28,046 nt of DNA from a virus (Duplodnaviria; Caudoviricetes), in the IMG/VR virus record IMGVR_UViG_3300005286_000051, positions 1 to 28,046 of that record; one strand, written 5' to 3'. Below the pieces are notes generated by a model, which was not told where the DNA came from, searched no databases, and saw only the letters and a program-made list of their open reading frames with translations. Position 1 is the stretch's first letter, and every line of letters begins with the position of its first letter. The translations under genes and the position numbers were made by a program. Positions 24,546-28,046 of this stretch are shown here, piece after piece.

Positions 24546-27046
24546 GCGGCCTCGCGCTCATCGTTGCCAAGTGCGTCGAAGAGGGACGGGATCGCGATCT
24601 CGCGCTCCATCGCCTCCAGGTATTTGATGCCGTCGAGGAAATAGCCGGGGTTGAGTTCGACAGCCCTGCCACTCCGACCCAGTTTCAGAGCCCGGTAAGG
24701 GACCGTGAACAGGCCGCCGAACGGATCGAACACAAGTTCACCCTTTGCGGAGAACCGGCTGATGACACGATCGACAATGTCGAATTGCAGGGGGCAGATG
24801 TGGAACTCGAGGCCCTTGCGCGACTGCTCGCCATTCAGCGTCCGCATCCGGTTCACGTCATGCCACGTCCAAGGCGACGTTGCACCCGGAGCCAAGGCCA
24901 TAAAGGTGGAAGGGAGGGCCCCGCGTTTCTCCAGCGCCTCGCCTATGCGGATGTGTGTTTCGTAATCATAGACATTCTGCAACGTCCATTCGGTGAAGGT
25001 CTTGGCGAGAAGGTCCGGGCCCATAGCCGCCAGTTCTTCGGGCGTCAGCAGCCGATCACCGGACGAGCGCCAGAAGGCGTGAGCGTCCACCTGCCACCGC
25101 GCGAGGCTGTAATCCTCCTTAGACTTCCGCACCGGATCGTCAGCGTAACCCCTTGTGCGGTCGGTTTGCGGCGCACGGAAGAGCAGGAGATATTCAGGCG
25201 ATCCGACGCCCATCTTCGTGCCGTCTTTCCGCATTTCGGTATAGCCGAGGCGATAGGTCTGGTTGTTCTCGCGAACGACATCGGTGTTGATCTGGATCAT
25301 GCCGAGGTAGTCGAAGCCGTGCGCCAGGCAGTGAAACAGCGTCTTGGCGTGGAAGGGGTTGACGGTCGGAACGCCCTTCCCGGTCACGTTCCCAAACAAA
25401 ATCCTGTCCTTGACGTGGCAGGCGTATATCCGGCCGGGCTTCAAGATGCGGAGCAGTTCCGGGGTTAGAAAGTCCATTTGCCGGAAAAAATGCTCGTCGT
25501 CGTCGGTATGGCCGAAGTCATTGTAGCTCGGCGTATATTCGTAGTGGTTGCTGAACGGGATCGAGGTGACGATCAGGTCAACCGAATGATCAGCCATGGA
25601 ACGGGCTTCCTCGACACAATCATTGTTGGCGACGAGCCAGCCTTCGCCCCTCGCCTCAATCCTCTCCACGCCAATCGAGCGCGTGAGGACATCTGCTGCC
25701 GAAAGCTGGTCAAGCCCATGCTCACGAATGATCTCGCTCATGTTGTCGACCATTTGGTCATGCCTCTCCCATTTCGCCTGCAGAGCGCGGAGGATTTCGC
25801 GCTCGCTCTCGGCGTAGATGATGTGGATTTCGACCGGCCGGCTCTGCAGGAACCGATGGATCCGGTGGATGGCTTGGATGAAGTCGTTGAACTTGAAGCC
25901 GATGCCCAGGAAGATCGCCTTGTGGCAGTGGCGCTGGAAGTTGCAGCCGGATCCTGCAATCACCGGCTTGGCAGCGAGGTACTGAAACTTGCCGTCGCTG
26001 AAATCGATGATCGCCTGCTCTCGCTTCTCCAGGTCCTGCGACCCGTAGACCGAGACAGCATCCGGCAAAGCCTGCTCGATTGCGCGCCGCTCATCCTCGA
26101 GATCGTGCCAGATAATGAAATGATCGTCCGGCGCCGCGGAAATGATCTCCTGCATCTTGGCAATGCGATTCTGCAGCGTGTCCCGCTTCTCTCGACTGGC
26201 GCCGACAACGCCGATCGCACTGTCACGGAATAGGATCGCCTGCCCGTCGCGATCGGTACCGCCATCGGCAAGATCAGTCTGGACTTCGTGATAGACCACC
26301 TTGAACGGCTGGAGGTCATAGCCCTCGTTGGAATAGCCGAGATCGGAGGGACGCTGCAGGAAGATCGCCCAGGAGTTCAGCCACAGCCAGAATTCGCGCT
26401 CCTTGTGCGGGTAGAGCGTCAGGTTATTCGCCTGGGTGCTGTCGCGCTGGAAGAACCGGGTAAGAGCCTGGCCGGTGTCCATGATGCCGAGGAAGCCTGC
26501 ATAATGGATCAGTTCCTTGTAGCGGTTCGGGCTCGGTGTGGCCGTGGCAACAAACCGGAACCGCGAGGTAGAGAACAGGCTAAGGAACGTCTGATAGGTC
26601 TTCGACCCGTAGGAACGAAGCACAGAAGCCTCGTCCAGACTGACAGCCACGAACTCATTAGGATCAAGCTTGCCGTCGCGCACGGTCTCATAATTCGTCA
26701 TGTAGAGGCCGGTCGGTTCGGCCTCCTCAATGCGGCGTATGAATTTGATATCGACGCCGAGCATCTGACCGTCTCGACGGAACTCTTGACGTACACCGAG
26801 TGGCAGAATGATCAGCCCCCGGCCATTTACATGCTTGGTCACAAGCCGGAGGATCTCGATCTGCATGACAGACTTCCCAAGGCCGAAAGCGGCGAAAATC
26901 GCGCGCCGGCCGCCGCGTACCGCCCAACGGACGATATCGCGCTGGTGTGGCTTCAGGATCGGATGGACGTCACCGTCTCCAACATCGAACCCGGATACAG
27001 GCGCGAGCTTGATCTTGCCTTGAAGGAATTCGGCATAATCCTTCAT
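24542..27046 (-). CDS. SF2 (SNF2-like) helicase fused to a beta-class N4-C/N6-A DNA methyltransferase
   Basis: Start moved to ATG 27046 (MKDYAEFL, TGATG overlap). Helicase motifs LKPHQ, FGLGKS, LDEAS, TATP, QAIHRIHR; methyltransferase motifs NDCVE, VDLIVTSIPF, LLRILKPGR, HICPLQ, VFDPFGG, AVELN. Confidence 0.92.
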   Translation of the reverse strand: MKDYAEFLQGKIKLAPVSGFDVGDGDVHPILKPHQRDIVRWAVRGGRRAIFAAFGLGKSVMQIEILRLVTKHVNGRGLIILPLGVRQEFRRDGQMLGVDIKFIRRIEEAEPTGLYMTNYETVRDGKLDPNEFVAVSLDEASVLRSYGSKTYQTFLSLFSTSRFRFVATATPSPNRYKELIHYAGFLGIMDTGQALTRFFQRDSTQANNLTLYPHKEREFWLWLNSWAIFLQRPSDLGYSNEGYDLQPFKVVYHEVQTDLADGGTDRDGQAILFRDSAIGVVGASREKRDTLQNRIAKMQEIISAAPDDHFIIWHDLEDERRAIEQALPDAVSVYGSQDLEKREQAIIDFSDGKFQYLAAKPVIAGSGCNFQRHCHKAIFLGIGFKFNDFIQAIHRIHRFLQSRPVEIHIIYAESEREILRALQAKWERHDQMVDNMSEIIREHGLDQLSAADVLTRSIGVERIEARGEGWLVANNDCVEEARSMADHSVDLIVTSIPFSNHYEYTPSYNDFGHTDDDEHFFRQMDFLTPELLRILKPGRIYACHVKDRILFGNVTGKGVPTVNPFHAKTLFHCLAHGFDYLGMIQINTDVVRENNQTYRLGYTEMRKDGTKMGVGSPEYLLLFRAPQTDRTRGYADDPVRKSKEDYSLARWQVDAHAFWRSSGDRLLTPEELAAMGPDLLAKTFTEWTLQNVYDYETHIRIGEALEKRGALPSTFMALAPGATSPWTWHDVNRMRTLNGEQSRKGLEFHICPLQFDIVDRVISRFSAKGELVFDPFGGLFTVPYRALKLGRSGRAVELNPGYFLDGIKYLEAMEREIAIPSLFDALGNDEREAA

Positions 27047-27138
27047 CAAACCGCCCCCACCAGCACGGCGACAAACCCGACAATCGCCGGGATCGCCATG
27101 ACCCAAATCACCAGCATCATTCGCGCTTGAACGGACAT
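27046..27138 (-). CDS. Small single-pass membrane peptide (30 aa)
   Basis: Hand translation MSVQARMMLVIWVMAIPAIVGFVAVLVGAV; its TGA overlaps the ATG of the helicase-methyltransferase; not in the ORF track. Confidence 0.6.
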   Translation of the reverse strand: MSVQARMMLVIWVMAIPAIVGFVAVLVGAV

Positions 27139-27150
27139 GGTTGACCTGCC

Positions 27151-27681
27151 TTACGCCTCTGCCGCGGCGGGCTGCTCGTCGGGGAACGGATCGTCCATGA
27201 CGGCGGCAAGCTCCTTGTTGATGAAGGCTGTCCCTTCATTGAACCCGCGCTGCCATGCCTGACCGGCCGCACTGTCGGCGCCGTACGGGTTTGCTGCATC
27301 CTTCCGAAGCTTGCCGGCGGCGAGACCTTCTTCGTAGGCTCGATCCTCCAGAGGCGTCCGGTCCTGGTCGAAGAGATCCACCTGCCGCGCCAGCCCGTGG
27401 CCGAGCATCTTGGCGATGCGGATGCGGCGCTGCATCATGGAGATGATCTCACCCGAATCCTTCTCCTCCAGTTCCATCGCCCACTTGATGTCTCCCTTGG
27501 TGAACCCGAGGGGCTTGAGGCGCTTGTAGGCCTCGTTGATCTCGCCCATGGTGGCGCCGATCTCGGATTTCAGATCCTTGATCTCGCGGAAGGTATTGAG
27601 GAACTGCTGCTCCTCGAATTGGGCGCGTTCATCCTGAATGTTGTGTCCCGGCTCGGCTTTGGCGGCCTTAGCTTTTGTCAT
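27151..27681 (-). CDS. GapR (DUF2312)-like domain fused to an RMF/CrpP-like C-terminal domain
   Basis: GHN...EIKDLKSEI......INEAYKRLKPLGFTKGDIK.....EEKD is GapR-like; DRAYEEGLAAG......NPY......QAWQRGFNEG is RMF-like. Confidence 0.65.
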   Translation of the reverse strand: MTKAKAAKAEPGHNIQDERAQFEEQQFLNTFREIKDLKSEIGATMGEINEAYKRLKPLGFTKGDIKWAMELEEKDSGEIISMMQRRIRIAKMLGHGLARQVDLFDQDRTPLEDRAYEEGLAAGKLRKDAANPYGADSAAGQAWQRGFNEGTAFINKELAAVMDDPFPDEQPAAAEA

Positions 27682-28040
27682 GCCTCTTCCCTTTCCGCCG
27701 CTCGATCTTGAGCAGCAACCGTTCCCAGACGCGCCGAAGCGCGCTCCAAATCAGCCGCATGTCGTGCTGCCTTCAGTTTCAGCCGCTCGGCCTTGTCGGC
27801 TTCCGCGGCGGCTTCATTCGCCTCGCAGGCCTGCTGATAGGCCTGATGGGCAATCATAAGCGCGCGGTAGACAGATCCCCGCACGTCGTTCATCGTGTTG
27901 GTCTTGTATTGAAGACGGAAAAGATAGCTTTCTGGAATGCCAAGCTTGCGAGCCAAGCTGAAGCGAATGCGCTTCTCCTTGTCTTTCCGCCCCTGGCACT
28001 CAGCATCGAGCAGATCATCCGCCCACTGCTTGGCTTCCAT
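27678..28040 (-). CDS. Putative HTH transcription regulator (CII-position); may extend 5' beyond the window
   Basis: FSLARKLGIPESYLFRLQY HTH-like segment; frame is open to the window edge. Confidence 0.55.
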   Translation of the reverse strand: MEAKQWADDLLDAECQGRKDKEKRIRFSLARKLGIPESYLFRLQYKTNTMNDVRGSVYRALMIAHQAYQQACEANEAAAEADKAERLKLKAARHAADLERASARLGTVAAQDRAAEREEA

Positions 28041-28046
28041 TAACGC

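Larger units (their letters stand above)
1..28046 (-). mobile_element. HK97-like siphovirus (pro)phage, internal segment (replication, packaging, head, tail, start of lysis); both ends lie outside the window
   Basis: Collinear minus-strand HNH-terS-terL-portal-protease-capsid-connector-tail-tape measure-tail tip-tailspike-endolysin order, with tight ATGA/TGATG gene overlaps. Confidence 0.97.

Noticed and set aside
1-28046. tRNA, rRNA, CRISPR array, IS element, att site
   Set aside because: No such structures, spaced repeats, transposase or integrase recognised by eye; tRNAscan/Infernal were not run

Overview
This window is an internal 28-kb segment of a temperate, HK97-like long-tailed (siphovirus-type) phage or prophage. 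The host is most likely an alphaproteobacterium of the Rhizobiales, inferred from the DUF982-like, GapR-like and GTA-gp10-like genes. Almost all genes lie on the minus strand. Read from the right end, the order is: early regulatory and replication genes (HTH protein, GapR/RMF-like fusion, SF2 helicase-DNA methyltransferase fusion, RuvC-like resolvase, DnaB-like helicase); a putative late regulator; HNH nuclease, probable cos region, terminase, portal, protease and capsid; head-tail joining and tail genes with a -1 frameshifted chaperone, tape measure, tail tip and a tailspike; an FkbM methyltransferase and a terminator; and, at the left edge, the start of a GH108 endolysin that the ORF track missed. 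Two cassettes lie on the opposite (+) strand: a divergent hicB-hicA-like pair between the tail and lysis genes, and a DUF982-like gene with an EcfG/RpoE2-type promoter buried antisense in the replication operon. No integrase, repressor, att site, RNA gene or CRISPR array is visible. All family assignments come from motif recognition by eye, not database searches.
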